Positions 27,301 to 37,177 of a stretch of 64,000 nucleotides of DNA are shown in pieces; the stretch's first letter is position 1, and each line of letters opens with the position of its first letter. The notes beneath the pieces are model-generated. The model saw only the letters and a list, made by a program, of their open reading frames with translations, ran no database searches and was not told the DNA's origin. The DNA is taken from assembly GCA_048882485.1 (NCBI GenBank), contig JBHLRP010000002.1, forward strand, positions 6,527-70,526. The letters run 5' to 3'. This DNA is from Candidatus Thorarchaeota archaeon. GTDB lineage: Archaea; Asgardarchaeota; Thorarchaeia; Thorarchaeales; Thorarchaeaceae. The position numbers and the translations under genes were made by a program.

Positions 27301-27813
27301 ATGATGCTCTCCAAATGAGAGATTCTTGAGATATTCCTGAGCAGGATTCAATCCAGTTGATATGAGAATCGCACGAGCTTCCTTGGGGAGGGACTCATAG
27401 GAGATGGCAATGAGTGTTTGTATCCACCATGCCAGCTCTTCAATCGAAGTGCAGGGCGGAGTTGCAATCTCTAGTATCCAAGTCAGACTCGTAACATTGG
27501 GATCATGTCCAAGAAGTGTAAATTCGGCCGGCTCTCCCTTTGGATTATCGTATACAACCACCACCCTTGAGCCGCGTTCTCCTTCCTCTGTCTGACTGGA
27601 ACGCCTATACTTCTTTTTAACAGAATCCACTCTAGCTGTTTGAATCCTCTTATCAAGCAACACCTTGGCATTCGAGATTAGCTTGTCAAAGATGGTGAGT
27701 ATGTCTTCACCTCGAATCCACGAACCATCCTTTTTGATCACTTGAAGTTCCACTTCGATTCCGTGGACAAACGGCAGGTGCATCTCACTTTCTCTAGGAC
27801 CTGTATCTATCAT
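24373..27813 (-). CDS. GCS2/YbdK-type carboxylate-amine ligase fused to multiple beta-sandwich domains
   Basis: GIEVELQ, LEIATPP, GEHHHI, ALSVNSPF, GTVELRVFD; the ~660 C-terminal aa are beta-rich repeats (e.g. VSLRNTG, LHLTNITG). Confidence 0.8.
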   Translation of the reverse strand: MIDTGPRESEMHLPFVHGIEVELQVIKKDGSWIRGEDILTIFDKLISNAKVLLDKRIQTARVDSVKKKYRRSSQTEEGERGSRVVVVYDNPKGEPAEFTLLGHDPNVTSLTWILEIATPPCTSIEELAWWIQTLIAISYESLPKEARAILISTGLNPAQEYLKNLSFGEHHHILGPDVDGKVRIAVYNMLRNFIPHLIALSVNSPFENKKPTDVVEIDEEGRTRAPRCKRSIRLIRNTTQLGPTNEFELIPYMVQPDKEAFARHVNRSYARMVDMYPFHRLGTVELRVFDTQLSIPRRIGIALLLQALALKAKRMVERGEKIPNAGAKSLAANRESSVSAGLWGPFRPGTETDNPEFMQIYNHIIDDDGAIEKKRRNRFMGDAVVSMLYLIRDELEELDVVDNPFMQSILISVFGSEVVPPRTTSADFQLDVYAKSEMNMVVLLKSLADITRECCTNWVYDPLEGTPKLPTWLCWWTGLEPEILTDIEQLFAGQEAEFVVSLRNTGDRPLLNLGVDFAIEDSDRNVVHEGIRTVQEISSGQIHTERIAFQTTKDVTAYNIIVTITLAGKQIHLTGTLTTYWMKANIKPGTTTQFSDGKTPVLYVGDIETNFPEATDVTVDIAVISPRKERVLAIVTDKLHVESLDTLLFDQTSLPDLIVPTDASHGVERCILRLNLVDAEEELITSVMSKPFYIGFARKGPQLLFDADIKGVYYPGDLVVGEIELSSKKHSMSKSAFLIVEFRSDSGEHLEIARFGIKEVTEATVRFTWRVPPIESEELSHRSGVIVSSLVDKGKEVTSIETTRFRIDRLGVLLNIDSLRAPDTAHIGGKIAGWLRVRRNTELGGPAGLVVSLKFPDEDEQAILEQTVKQSKNLSLAFGPVTIPEPKGKKKPASVTLTAKLTYDGTVIDQRSTEIALSDGPEGQIASMSFAGVPAFVLPDEEIRPVLHLTNITGKKLKYEIRIELESIGGTDQLLKSSRTLEPGQSKILPIKLRVPLNAEMSTAHLKAIAKCGRLTMERKERFKVKAIESPVFDVDLWIRKKSGEDIPGLVARLTKVDLGAKICGLKEGMKDLGIILRVMSRREIVKQFKASLSDVDGGEEEITFHWTTPPVDMVTGFYLDAVITQDGKALPDRAVRQDQKQFTVY

Positions 27814-28495
27814 GGGATTGCACCTGAAATGATGACAACATATCTAACATTGCCAATATCTTCGCCTTGTCTGTTGCAGCACTATAGGAGAAGGTGAGCT
27901 GAACAACTAGTAGTGACCTAGATTTGGAGAATTCCTCTATGAGTTCATAAGTCATTGGGCCTCCGCCATATTGACCTGAGTCTTCGATAATTGTGAGTCC
28001 GAGCCTTTTCAGATTCTTTGTCAAATTTTTCAAGCTATCCTCTGACCCGGAGATATAGCGTTTACCTAGGACAACGGTATTGCTTCTTTCCAAGTCTTCA
28101 AACATGTGGTCCCAGCGTATAACAAGCAAAAAACTGGGTTTAAGGATGGCTTCCCTCTTATTCCATATTTCTCTCTTCATCATCATTATAACACGATTGC
28201 AGGTGCTCATTGATTCTTCAGGATCAGCCGCCTCAACAATCGAAGGCATCTTCGCATCACTTGCTCTTGCACCATCAAGGATAGGCTTCATGGGATCTCC
28301 CTCAACAAGCGCAGTAGGGAAACAGACAACCCCAGCGGACGCGCCAAGAACATAGATTCCGCTCTTGGCGAAGTCCATCGCTCCAAGCTCGTTCTCTAGT
28401 GGTTCCAATTCCTTGTTAAGGTCAGCAACCCTTCTAAAGACCTTTTGAAGAACTTCAATCGTTCTATCCAGTTCATCCGATATACTTACCGTCAC
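27794..28495 (-). CDS. hypothetical protein, degenerate N-formylglutamate amidohydrolase-like
   Basis: VVLG...L...GL.I..D..YGGGPMT...VVQLTFS resembles the FGase C-terminal pattern; overlaps the ligase gene. Confidence 0.45.
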   Translation of the reverse strand: MTVSISDELDRTIEVLQKVFRRVADLNKELEPLENELGAMDFAKSGIYVLGASAGVVCFPTALVEGDPMKPILDGARASDAKMPSIVEAADPEESMSTCNRVIMMMKREIWNKREAILKPSFLLVIRWDHMFEDLERSNTVVLGKRYISGSEDSLKNLTKNLKRLGLTIIEDSGQYGGGPMTYELIEEFSKSRSLLVVQLTFSYSAATDKAKILAMLDMLSSFQVQSHDRYRS

Positions 28496-28696
28496 ATGTG
28501 CTACCTTCGCGGATATTTGACAGCTGTCAGGTCCTTGTCCTGAGATACAGAAAGCTCATGATTTGTTATTATTCTTGCTGCCAATAGCTCAACTGTGGTG
28601 GACTGATCTACCAATGATTATTAGTCCTTGGCTAGTCCCAGATTATTCACTTGAGATTTAGTGTTTTGCTAATTAAGCTAGTCCCTATCCCAATCT

Positions 28697-29137
28697 CTAA
28701 TTCTCTGACACGAGGTTAAGTATGTTTTCAGTTTTTTCACTGATTTCACGAAGACGATACCAAACAGAATCACGTCCTCTCCGCTCTGAGAGGAACTTGA
28801 TCAAAATCCCATAGTCGAAGTCTATAATATCTCTTAGTAGAAGAAGGGCCTTGGGGTTGTCAAAGTGCGACTCATTTACTCTGCCATCGCGGACTCTTTT
28901 TGCCAAGGGGTGCAGAGCTTTCTCAGCAGCATCTAGATTGATTATAGCAGTTCTATAGTTGCCCTCTGAATTCTTTAGTATGATACCACCAAAGATTCCT
29001 GTCATAGCTGTGCGAGTCGAAGCTTTCCCTATTTCATCGAGAGCGTCCATCGCATCCTGTAAGAACCCAGAAGCATCTGAGAGACATTTCTTGATTGCCT
29101 CAAGAAACTTGGATCTATCAGTCGTATCTTCTCCCAT
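28697..29137 (-). CDS. hypothetical helical protein
   Basis: 146-aa ORF with GAGGAG SD. Confidence 0.6.
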   Translation of the reverse strand: MGEDTTDRSKFLEAIKKCLSDASGFLQDAMDALDEIGKASTRTAMTGIFGGIILKNSEGNYRTAIINLDAAEKALHPLAKRVRDGRVNESHFDNPKALLLLRDIIDFDYGILIKFLSERRGRDSVWYRLREISEKTENILNLVSEN

Positions 29138-29226
29138 TTCATCTCCTCTAGTAGCAATTTCTTGATTGCTTATGTGTTTTGAGCATTGAGTATGACTCGG
29201 ATGCTAATTGCTGCTATCTAGTTGGC

Positions 29227-30288
29227 TTAGAATGAAGGAGCATCACCCAATTCACCGGCGAAGTGACAGGCAACAAAATGGCCATCTCCCATGTCTCTAT
29301 CTTCCGGCATCTCGCGCACACATATCTCCTGCGCATAGGGGCATCTGGGATGAAACCTACAGCCAGGAGGAACATTAATTGGACTTGGCGGTTCGCCCTT
29401 CAGTGATTCGACACGCCTTTTCACTGTGGGATCACCAGAGGGCACTGCTGAGATGAGCGCCCGGGTGTATGGGTGCATTGGATTGAACGCGACCTCGTGA
29501 GCAGGTCCAATTTCCATGACTTTTCCGAGATACATGATTCCTATTCTATCAGCAATGTATGTGGCAACAGCCAAGTCGTGTGTGATGAATAGGTAGGTTA
29601 GAGCGAATTCTTCCCTGATATCCAGCAGAAGGTTCAGGATATCTGCTCGGATAGACACATCAAGCATTGATACAGGCTCATCTGCCACCATGAACTCAGG
29701 ATGAAGAATGAGTGCTCGCGCCACAGATATCCTCTGACGTTGTCCGCCTGATAGCTCGTGTGGATATCTATCAATATAGTCTTCTGCGGGGACAAGTGCA
29801 ACGCTTTCCATTGCCTCCAACACTCGCTGTCTCTTCTGACTAGGAGTAAGTGGAATCTTGTGCACCGTCAAGGGTTCTGAAACTATGCTATAGACACTCT
29901 TTTTCGGATTGAGTGATTCATAAGGATCTTGAAAGGTAATTTGCATTCTCCTACGCAATTCTTTGATTTCGTTTCTATCCAGTGTTGCTAAGTCTCGACC
30001 GGCATAGACTACGTTACCGTCACTCGGAGTTTCCAAATAGAGAATGCATCGTCCTGTAGTGGTCTTTCCGCATCCCGATTCTCCAGCGAGTACTAGAATC
30101 TCTCCTTTAACAATATCAAAGGTGATGCCGTCAACTGCTTTCACAAACAACTCTTGCTTGTATAGAATAGATGAAAGAAACCCAGTGTTTACTGGAAACC
30201 ATTTTCTCAGGTTCCTAACCTCAATTAGAGGTTCGCCCTCTCGTATGTCGGCTGAATGCTGGAAAATGGTTGATTCATTGGCTGTCAT
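29227..30288 (-). CDS. oppF: oligopeptide/dipeptide ABC transporter ATP-binding subunit (OppF/DppF type)
   Basis: GESGCGKTT, LSGGQRQR, DEPVSMLD, C-terminal GCRFHPRCP. Confidence 0.92.
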   Translation of the reverse strand: MTANESTIFQHSADIREGEPLIEVRNLRKWFPVNTGFLSSILYKQELFVKAVDGITFDIVKGEILVLAGESGCGKTTTGRCILYLETPSDGNVVYAGRDLATLDRNEIKELRRRMQITFQDPYESLNPKKSVYSIVSEPLTVHKIPLTPSQKRQRVLEAMESVALVPAEDYIDRYPHELSGGQRQRISVARALILHPEFMVADEPVSMLDVSIRADILNLLLDIREEFALTYLFITHDLAVATYIADRIGIMYLGKVMEIGPAHEVAFNPMHPYTRALISAVPSGDPTVKRRVESLKGEPPSPINVPPGCRFHPRCPYAQEICVREMPEDRDMGDGHFVACHFAGELGDAPSF

Positions 30289-30295
30289 CTTTGCA

Positions 30296-31285
30296 TTACT
30301 CCAAGTCTACCTTGATCTCGCCCTTAAGCTGCTCTGCAAAGTGGCAAGAAACCCACCTACCAGGTTCGATCTCCTCAAATCTTGGCTCCTCTCTGGAACA
30401 GATGTCCTGAGCATAAGGACAGCGTGGATGGAATCTGCAGCCCGGAGGTGGAACTATCAGGTTAGGCGGTGATCCTGGAATAGCTGTCAGTTTCTTCTTC
30501 TCAGCCTTAACCATGCTTGGAATTGCACCCACAAGGCCTGTCGCGTACGGATGGATTGGCTCTTTAAATACAGATACAACATCTGCAAGTTCCGCAATGC
30601 GACCTGCATACATGATGGCAGTCTTGTCACAGGTTTCTGCTATTACACTGAGATCGTGAGTGATCAGGATTAATGAGAGTCCAAGGTCTTTCTGCAGTTT
30701 CTGCATCAATTTCAGTATCTGTGCCTGAATCGTGACGTCCAAAGCCGTGGTCGGCTCATCAGCAATCACCAAATCTGGATTGCAGGCCAGAGCCATTGCG
30801 ATCATCGCCCTTTGCCGCATTCCACCTGAGAACTCATGAGGATAATTATGAATTCTATCCGAATCAAGACCAACCATCTCAAACAATTTGGAGCACCGAT
30901 CAAGCGCTTCTTCCTCAGTCACGCTCTCATGCATCAGAATCGCTTCTGCAATCTGTTCGCCTATCTCAAAAACTGGATTCAGTGCGTTCATCGCGCCTTG
31001 GAAAACGATAGCAACATTCTTCCACCTGACGTCCCGCATTTCTTTCGGGCTCATGCCCAACAGGTCTTCTCCTTTGAAGTATATGTTGCCTCCCACTATA
31101 TTCGCTGCTGCAGGAAGAAGCTGCATTATGGAATAAGCAAGACTGCTTTTTCCGCAGCCGCTCTCCCCAGCCAGTCCAATAGACTCACCCAGTTCAAGAG
31201 TGAGTGAAACGTCATCTACCGCCTTTACAAGACCTTTCTGTGTTTGATAATACATTCGTAGGTTCCTAACGTCAAGCAGCGGCAT
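30296..31285 (-). CDS. oppD: oligopeptide/dipeptide ABC transporter ATP-binding subunit (OppD/DppD type)
   Basis: [35 protein letters not shown]. Confidence 0.92.
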   Translation of the reverse strand: MPLLDVRNLRMYYQTQKGLVKAVDDVSLTLELGESIGLAGESGCGKSSLAYSIMQLLPAAANIVGGNIYFKGEDLLGMSPKEMRDVRWKNVAIVFQGAMNALNPVFEIGEQIAEAILMHESVTEEEALDRCSKLFEMVGLDSDRIHNYPHEFSGGMRQRAMIAMALACNPDLVIADEPTTALDVTIQAQILKLMQKLQKDLGLSLILITHDLSVIAETCDKTAIMYAGRIAELADVVSVFKEPIHPYATGLVGAIPSMVKAEKKKLTAIPGSPPNLIVPPPGCRFHPRCPYAQDICSREEPRFEEIEPGRWVSCHFAEQLKGEIKVDLE

Positions 31286-31567
31286 GATTCCTATCTCCGC
31301 AGGGAGTGAGATAATTCTCTGGGATACCTAATCCAGTCCCCACTAAATCAGGGGGGTCAGGTGTACATCTTAAATACCTAACGGAATTAGCAGTGATTAC
31401 AACTGGATATTTCACTCTTTCACAAGTTTCAATTCGATAAGTCGCATCTAGAGCCAGAGCATTATCATTAATCCCAGAATTATCATATGCGCAGGGAGAA
31501 CGGGCCTATTGAACCCAAACCAATAGAAAGCAAGTCGAGTTCGAAACCGTAAAAAGGGATAGATTGA

Positions 31568-31924
31568 TTGCAGCCAATGGTTGCTATGGGAGTAAAAGCA
31601 TTTCCAAGAACTCAAAGGGAGCCCAGAAAGCGAATACTACTGATTCCAATTTTCCTTATGATCGGGGGCTTACTTCTCAACCTGGCACATCCCTACTTTA
31701 GATTCATAGGGACAGTCATTGCGCTTGCTGGCTCACTAACGGTGTTCCTCGTCGGAATGGTCTTTGCTGACCTCTGGGTTTCTGCAAGAAGGACAAGGCA
31801 ACTCATGAAAGACCGACAGGCGAGGATGAACGACCAGGACGCCACATTGCCTGAGGAGGGAGTTGAGAGTGAAGATATTTCTGGTCCTGACCCCTTCACA
31901 GAGTCATTTGAGGAAACAAATTAG
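31568..31924 (+). CDS. small two-TM membrane protein with acidic tail
   Basis: Two hydrophobic segments; start uncertain. Confidence 0.55.
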   Translation: MQPMVAMGVKAFPRTQREPRKRILLIPIFLMIGGLLLNLAHPYFRFIGTVIALAGSLTVFLVGMVFADLWVSARRTRQLMKDRQARMNDQDATLPEEGVESEDISGPDPFTESFEETN

Positions 31925-32097
31925 CAATTGTATTCATATTTCCGAATTATGCATTGCTGATTCCGTTAAACTAATAACAAATACCAGAAGGCGAAGCCTT
32001 TTTTATAGGTCCGCTAGCGCATCTCAAAGTTATCAAATGACTCAAGAAAACCGGCTATATTGCTGGTTTCCTGAGCCCGCGCAACGGAGGTTGCCAA

Positions 32098-33678
32098 TTG
32101 TCTGATTCAAGTAGAGCACGTTGGAAAGATAGTGGCTGGTACGTTAGCATATCTGGATTTTGGTGGGAATACCGCAAGCATAGAATGGGACTACTTGGAG
32201 TCCTTGCACTAGTGATATTCTTAGTCATGGCAGTTGGCGCTCCAGTTTTTGCCACTCATGACCCCTCACCTTCGGTTAAGGTTGGCCCAAGATTCATGGC
32301 ACCACAGTGGACGGAGATTTTCGATCCTACTGGGGTAGTTACTAGGAACTACCTGCCAGACCCGGATCTGGACTCTGCATCGATTGGCGAGGTCATCCTT
32401 GAGGGCAGCTCAGGCGAATTCATTGGTGCACGGAATTTTGCCGCATCACCCGACGAAAAAAGCAACATAACATTCGAATGGATACATGTTGCTAACACTA
32501 GTATAGAATTCCGATCACCGCCTGATTCCGATGAGAATTTGCCCGATACACTGGACTTTCTCTATTATACCCAGTCATTTGAGTGGGAATATGAGCGTCT
32601 TCCAAAAGATGTTAACGTAAGTGTGAGCTACATTATAGAAACATCAGGGGACTTCCTTACTAACGAGTATGGTGGCAAGATGTTTGAGTTGATGGTCTGG
32701 CTAATTGATTCGTCTGGTAATTGGACAAGAATCTTCCAATCTGTGCCCCCCTACACTGGAAACCTTGTCAATCGGCCTGTTGACCTTGGGTTCCTTGATA
32801 TATTGGAGGGCTGGGAGGGCATGATAGATGAAGGCGAAGGGCAACAGGATCCAACTGACACTCTTACAGTGGCTGTAGGCCTCGCACCCACATATTCGTT
32901 CGCAAGCAACGCCACTGGTCCCACACCTTGGACATTCTACAACGGGTCGGTGACGGCAACAATCACACACTTGGAATGTGTGGCTTTCGGCGATTACTTT
33001 GGCATTTTAGGCACAACAGACAAGGGCGCTGATGCATGGAGTCAGTTGGTTTATGGAACAAGAATCTCATTGTACATAGGTCTTATTGCGGCTTCTCTAT
33101 CTACTGCAGCAGGCGTTGCCGTGGGACTGATATCAGGTTACTTTGGTGGGAAGGTTGACGAAGTCGTCATGCGTGTAGTGGACTTTCTCTTGGTGATACC
33201 ACGCTTGCCGCTACTAATGGTCCTCGCGGCATTTTTGGGTCCTTCAGTAGATACAATAATCATAGTGATAGCAATTCTTGGGTGGACGGGAACTTCTCGA
33301 CTTATCCGCTCCCAAGTATTGGCGGAGAAGAACAAGAGCTATGTGGAGGCTGCACGTGCGATTGGAGCCACTGATACCTACATTATCTTCAGACACATTA
33401 TGCCTAATGTGACACCCCTTCTATTCGCAGACATTACTTTGGGCGTAGTCGCAGCCATTTTATCTGAATCGGCGCTTTCGTTCCTAGGCCTGACTGATCC
33501 TAGTGAACCAAGCTGGGGTCGGATGTTGGCTGACGCTCAAATCGGCGGTGCCTTTGGAAATGGTGCGTGGTGGGTAGTGATCTTTCCGGGACTGATGATT
33601 ACCGCAATCAGCCTAGCATTCACCTTCATTGGCCACACACTGGATCAAGTGTTAAATCCAAGATTACGTGAGAGATAA
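32098..33678 (+). CDS. oppC: peptide ABC transporter permease (OppC type) with large extracytoplasmic insertion
   Basis: LGTTDKGADAWSQLVYGTRISL, EAA motif YVEAARAIGA, RHIMPN, LSFLGL, PSWG. Confidence 0.9.
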   Translation: MSDSSRARWKDSGWYVSISGFWWEYRKHRMGLLGVLALVIFLVMAVGAPVFATHDPSPSVKVGPRFMAPQWTEIFDPTGVVTRNYLPDPDLDSASIGEVILEGSSGEFIGARNFAASPDEKSNITFEWIHVANTSIEFRSPPDSDENLPDTLDFLYYTQSFEWEYERLPKDVNVSVSYIIETSGDFLTNEYGGKMFELMVWLIDSSGNWTRIFQSVPPYTGNLVNRPVDLGFLDILEGWEGMIDEGEGQQDPTDTLTVAVGLAPTYSFASNATGPTPWTFYNGSVTATITHLECVAFGDYFGILGTTDKGADAWSQLVYGTRISLYIGLIAASLSTAAGVAVGLISGYFGGKVDEVVMRVVDFLLVIPRLPLLMVLAAFLGPSVDTIIIVIAILGWTGTSRLIRSQVLAEKNKSYVEAARAIGATDTYIIFRHIMPNVTPLLFADITLGVVAAILSESALSFLGLTDPSEPSWGRMLADAQIGGAFGNGAWWVVIFPGLMITAISLAFTFIGHTLDQVLNPRLRER

Positions 33679-33689
33679 GCAACAAAGAG

Positions 33690-33711
33690 GAAGAGGCACC
33701 AACGCCTCTTC
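33690..33711 (+). terminator. hairpin followed by pyrimidine tract downstream of oppC
   Basis: GAAGAGGC-ACCAAC-GCCTCTTC then TCTCTCC. Confidence 0.4.
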
Positions 33712-33885
33712 TCTCTCCTACTTACCTGAAGTAGCATAGATTCATAACGCACCTGACGCGTCGCCGTACCCCAAGTGAAAATCCAATATTGCCTCTTAAG
33801 AACTCTTTGAACATCATCCTTATTAGGAAGTGAGTTCTGTACTACCAATCAGATAGGTACTTAGTGAAGCTAGGTACTAATCATC

Positions 33886-34968
33886 ATGACGACGGAGAGT
33901 CTGCAGATGGGACTGCGCGAATACGTGATTAGAAGAACTATCTACATGTTTCTTCTCATAGTAGCTGTTGTCTGCTTCAATTTCTTCATATTCAGACTTC
34001 CAACCTTTCTGCTTGGTGTTAGTCCACTGGACCTCATGATCGGCCCAGAGCAAAGGGCTACAATGCCATATGAATCACTCCAATATCTATATCAGAACTA
34101 TGGGCTGGTCCCGGATCCAGACATCTTTGATTGGATCTACATGTTCTGGCGTTATATTGTGAATATGTTCAGCGGAGATTTTGGTTTCTCATTTCAAACT
34201 CAGAGACCCGTCATGGATGAGATTATGGCTCGCCTGCCGAACACACTCCTTTTAATGGGTACTTCCTCAATAGTTGCAATTGTTCTGGGGATTTGGACTG
34301 GCGTTAAGGCAGCAGCAGATCCTGGCTCACGAAAGGATGTCGGCGCCGTCACACTTGCCTTGTTCACTTATTCACTTCCCATATTCTGGATGGGAATGAT
34401 ATTGCTGCTGTTCTTTTCCTATACGCTGCCCGCACTGACTGCGGAATTGGTCGAAGGAGGTATCGGACTACCTTCAGGAGGAACCATAAGCTATGAGGTT
34501 TGGATCGCCTTTAAGGACCAGCCGCTTGGTGCAATTGCGATTGCCGGCGATATCCTTCTCCACCTGTTGCTCCCAATGATAGCCCTGGGAATAGGTGGTT
34601 ATGGCGGATATTTCCTCTACATGAGAAATAACCTGATTGACGTAATGACTGAAGACTACATTCTGACAGCTAGGGCAAAGGGGCTCGACGAGAACCAGGT
34701 CTTATACAAGCATGGTATGAAGAACGCAATGCTTCCTATGGTGACAGCGATAGCAATTACTTTCGGATTCCTCATTAATGGAGCGACACTCACGGAAACC
34801 GTCTTCAACTGGTTTGGCCTTGGGAGGTATATCTTCGACAGTCTAATTCTATTAGACTATCCCGTCGTTCAGGCTATCTTTATGATAGTGGCAATTACAG
34901 CAGTGTTGGCGAACTTTATTGCTGACCTGTTATATGGGTACCTTGACCCGCGTATCAAGTACGGGTAG
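33886..34968 (+). CDS. oppB: peptide ABC transporter permease (OppB type)
   Basis: GDFGFS...RLPNTL, DYILTARAKGL, ETVF..GLG, DLLYGYLDPRI. Confidence 0.92.
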   Translation: MTTESLQMGLREYVIRRTIYMFLLIVAVVCFNFFIFRLPTFLLGVSPLDLMIGPEQRATMPYESLQYLYQNYGLVPDPDIFDWIYMFWRYIVNMFSGDFGFSFQTQRPVMDEIMARLPNTLLLMGTSSIVAIVLGIWTGVKAAADPGSRKDVGAVTLALFTYSLPIFWMGMILLLFFSYTLPALTAELVEGGIGLPSGGTISYEVWIAFKDQPLGAIAIAGDILLHLLLPMIALGIGGYGGYFLYMRNNLIDVMTEDYILTARAKGLDENQVLYKHGMKNAMLPMVTAIAITFGFLINGATLTETVFNWFGLGRYIFDSLILLDYPVVQAIFMIVAITAVLANFIADLLYGYLDPRIKYG

Positions 34969-35156
34969 TGGCAGTTTCTGAGAATAAGCGAATTTGATCA
35001 AGGCTGGAAGGTCTAATCCATTCCGCCTACCTTATCATCCAATTCGATTTCCCTTCGAAGTCAAAGGATGTTTCTCATCACATCATAACATTTTTATCAC
35101 CTACTAGAATGACATTGCTATCCGATTTCGACTCGGGGATAGGAGATAGAGAGAAT

Positions 35157-37049
35157 ATGCTAAGTAATCGAACAAGAGTAGCTATAGCTACCTTTCTCGT
35201 CGCTGGCTTTCTCCTCATGTCTATCTCGCCTATTTTTGCAACAGCGCAAACATTGCCATATTCTGGACTCCCAAGTGTGTCCAAGAATGGTCCGTATATC
35301 GATAAGATGGTGTTTAGGGTTCAACCAAACACTGAACAACAGATGTTAGCGCTTATCAACGGCGAAGTAGATATGATATGGGAGTCATCTATTGACACCA
35401 CGTATCTTCCTCAGCTTGCAGCTGCGGATAACGTGGAAGCATATGGCGACTGGAGAAATGGCTTTGGCTTTTATACATTCAACTGTGATAGGTATCCGCT
35501 CAACATAACTAGTGTTAGAAGGGCCTATGCCTATGCATTGGATAAGTATGAAGTTTCCGAGGTGCTTTGGGCCGGTGAGTCGCGACCATGGGATGCCATG
35601 GTTCCCCCAGGTCCTTGGACAACTGAGGAGGACTTCACATATTACTACTATGAAGAGAATCTTGCAATAGCTAACCAGCTGCTAGATGATGCGGGACTCA
35701 TCGATATCGATGCTGATGGTTGGCGTGAGAATCCTGATGGTTCGGAGATCGGTGTGATTCAAGTTGCAGCCCACGCCGACGATTTCCAGTCGAGTCAGGC
35801 TGGAATCATCGGTGCCGCTACGCTCAATTCTATCGGTCTTCAAGCAGAAGCCTTCATGACCGACTTCTATACGTACATCGATAAGCTGTACTTCCATGAA
35901 CCTGATTGGTGGATCGTCTTCTCTGGCTACAGCTTCAGGGAGGACTTCTTCAACGCTGTATACTACATGTACGGTGACTACTATGGTGGGTACTACGGTG
36001 TGGACTACTTCAACGAGCCTAATTTCCGAAATGCCACCTTCGACAGTTATATGGATGCTTTTCTAAATGCCAAGACCGAGCAGGACGTACGTGACACGAT
36101 TGGTCCAATGCTGGATATTCTACACTACGAATGTCCTAGAGTCATTGCCTACAACAACAAGGCCTTCTCAGCCATCAGAACGGACAAGTGGGAGGGTCAT
36201 GTCCCACAGCTAGGTGCAAACTTCCCCAACTTCTGGACCAGCATGAAGGTACACCTAAAGGAATCTGCAGGTGGACCTTATGGCGGCACCTTCTATGTGA
36301 GTTCCTCACTAGGCATTGACAGCTTCAACGTGATGTCGTCCATTGGCTACTATAGCTGGGCCATTCACTTTGAGATGTGGCCAGGCTTAATCGAAAAGGA
36401 TGAGAATGCCGAATACGTCGGCGTGCTGGCAGAGTCATGGGAGATTCAGACCCACGCTACTCATCCTGATATAGTACCGGAGGGCAACCACCGGTTTGTA
36501 TTCAACCTGATACAGAATGCAACCTGGAGTGATGGCCAGCCAGTGACTGCTGAAGACTTCGCATTCACATTCAACTACTTCAAGGATGGTCTGGCGTACG
36601 GCAATCCCAATGGAGCCACCGCCACTATTCAGTCTATGACAGCTGCATATGCAGCTACACCATTCCAGTTCGTAGTTGAATTGAATCGGGAGTCATTCTG
36701 GAACTTCGAGAATGTGGCATTCAGGACATTCCCATTACCAAAGCACATCATTGAACCTTATGGTCTAGAAGGATGGAATGTATGGGATCCAGTCAAGGGT
36801 GGTGATCCTCTCATCGTGCAGGGTCCGTTCGTTGTTACGGAATACATCGACAACGAGTTCACTGAGCTAACCCGTAGAAACTGGGCATATGCGATTGAGC
36901 ATCCCGAGCCAACGACGACTCCGCCAACTGGCCCGACAACACCTGAACCTCCGCCACCCTTTGATCCTACACTTGCGATCATTGGTGGTGCTGTGGGTGC
37001 TGCAGTGGTCATCCTGGTCGGTGGCTTTGTACTTCTCAGACAGAAGTAG
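35157..37049 (+). CDS. family-5 ABC substrate-binding protein (OppA/DppA-like), circularly permuted, C-terminal TM anchor
   Basis: Signal peptide; VRRAYAYALD; LAESWE; ATWSDGQPVTAEDFAFTF; Pro/Thr linker, TM and RQK tail. Confidence 0.88.
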   Translation: MLSNRTRVAIATFLVAGFLLMSISPIFATAQTLPYSGLPSVSKNGPYIDKMVFRVQPNTEQQMLALINGEVDMIWESSIDTTYLPQLAAADNVEAYGDWRNGFGFYTFNCDRYPLNITSVRRAYAYALDKYEVSEVLWAGESRPWDAMVPPGPWTTEEDFTYYYYEENLAIANQLLDDAGLIDIDADGWRENPDGSEIGVIQVAAHADDFQSSQAGIIGAATLNSIGLQAEAFMTDFYTYIDKLYFHEPDWWIVFSGYSFREDFFNAVYYMYGDYYGGYYGVDYFNEPNFRNATFDSYMDAFLNAKTEQDVRDTIGPMLDILHYECPRVIAYNNKAFSAIRTDKWEGHVPQLGANFPNFWTSMKVHLKESAGGPYGGTFYVSSSLGIDSFNVMSSIGYYSWAIHFEMWPGLIEKDENAEYVGVLAESWEIQTHATHPDIVPEGNHRFVFNLIQNATWSDGQPVTAEDFAFTFNYFKDGLAYGNPNGATATIQSMTAAYAATPFQFVVELNRESFWNFENVAFRTFPLPKHIIEPYGLEGWNVWDPVKGGDPLIVQGPFVVTEYIDNEFTELTRRNWAYAIEHPEPTTTPPTGPTTPEPPPPFDPTLAIIGGAVGAAVVILVGGFVLLRQK

Positions 37050-37060
37050 TTCTATCATTT

Positions 37061-37094
37061 GGGGACAACTGTCCCCGCCCCCTTCTTTTTTTTT
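37061..37094 (+). terminator. intrinsic-type terminator
   Basis: GGGGAC-AACT-GTCCCC hairpin followed by a T9 tract after the SBP stop. Confidence 0.65.
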
Positions 37095-37177
37095 GAAATG
37101 CTTAAGTATTCACATCTATTGCTTTGCGTGAATCCGACTCTCTTTAAAAGAGAAATCCTTGCCTGACTAGATTACTG

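Noticed and set aside
31490-31560. GTTCGA-containing stretch resembling a tRNA T-loop
   Set aside because: No acceptor, D or anticodon stems can be formed.
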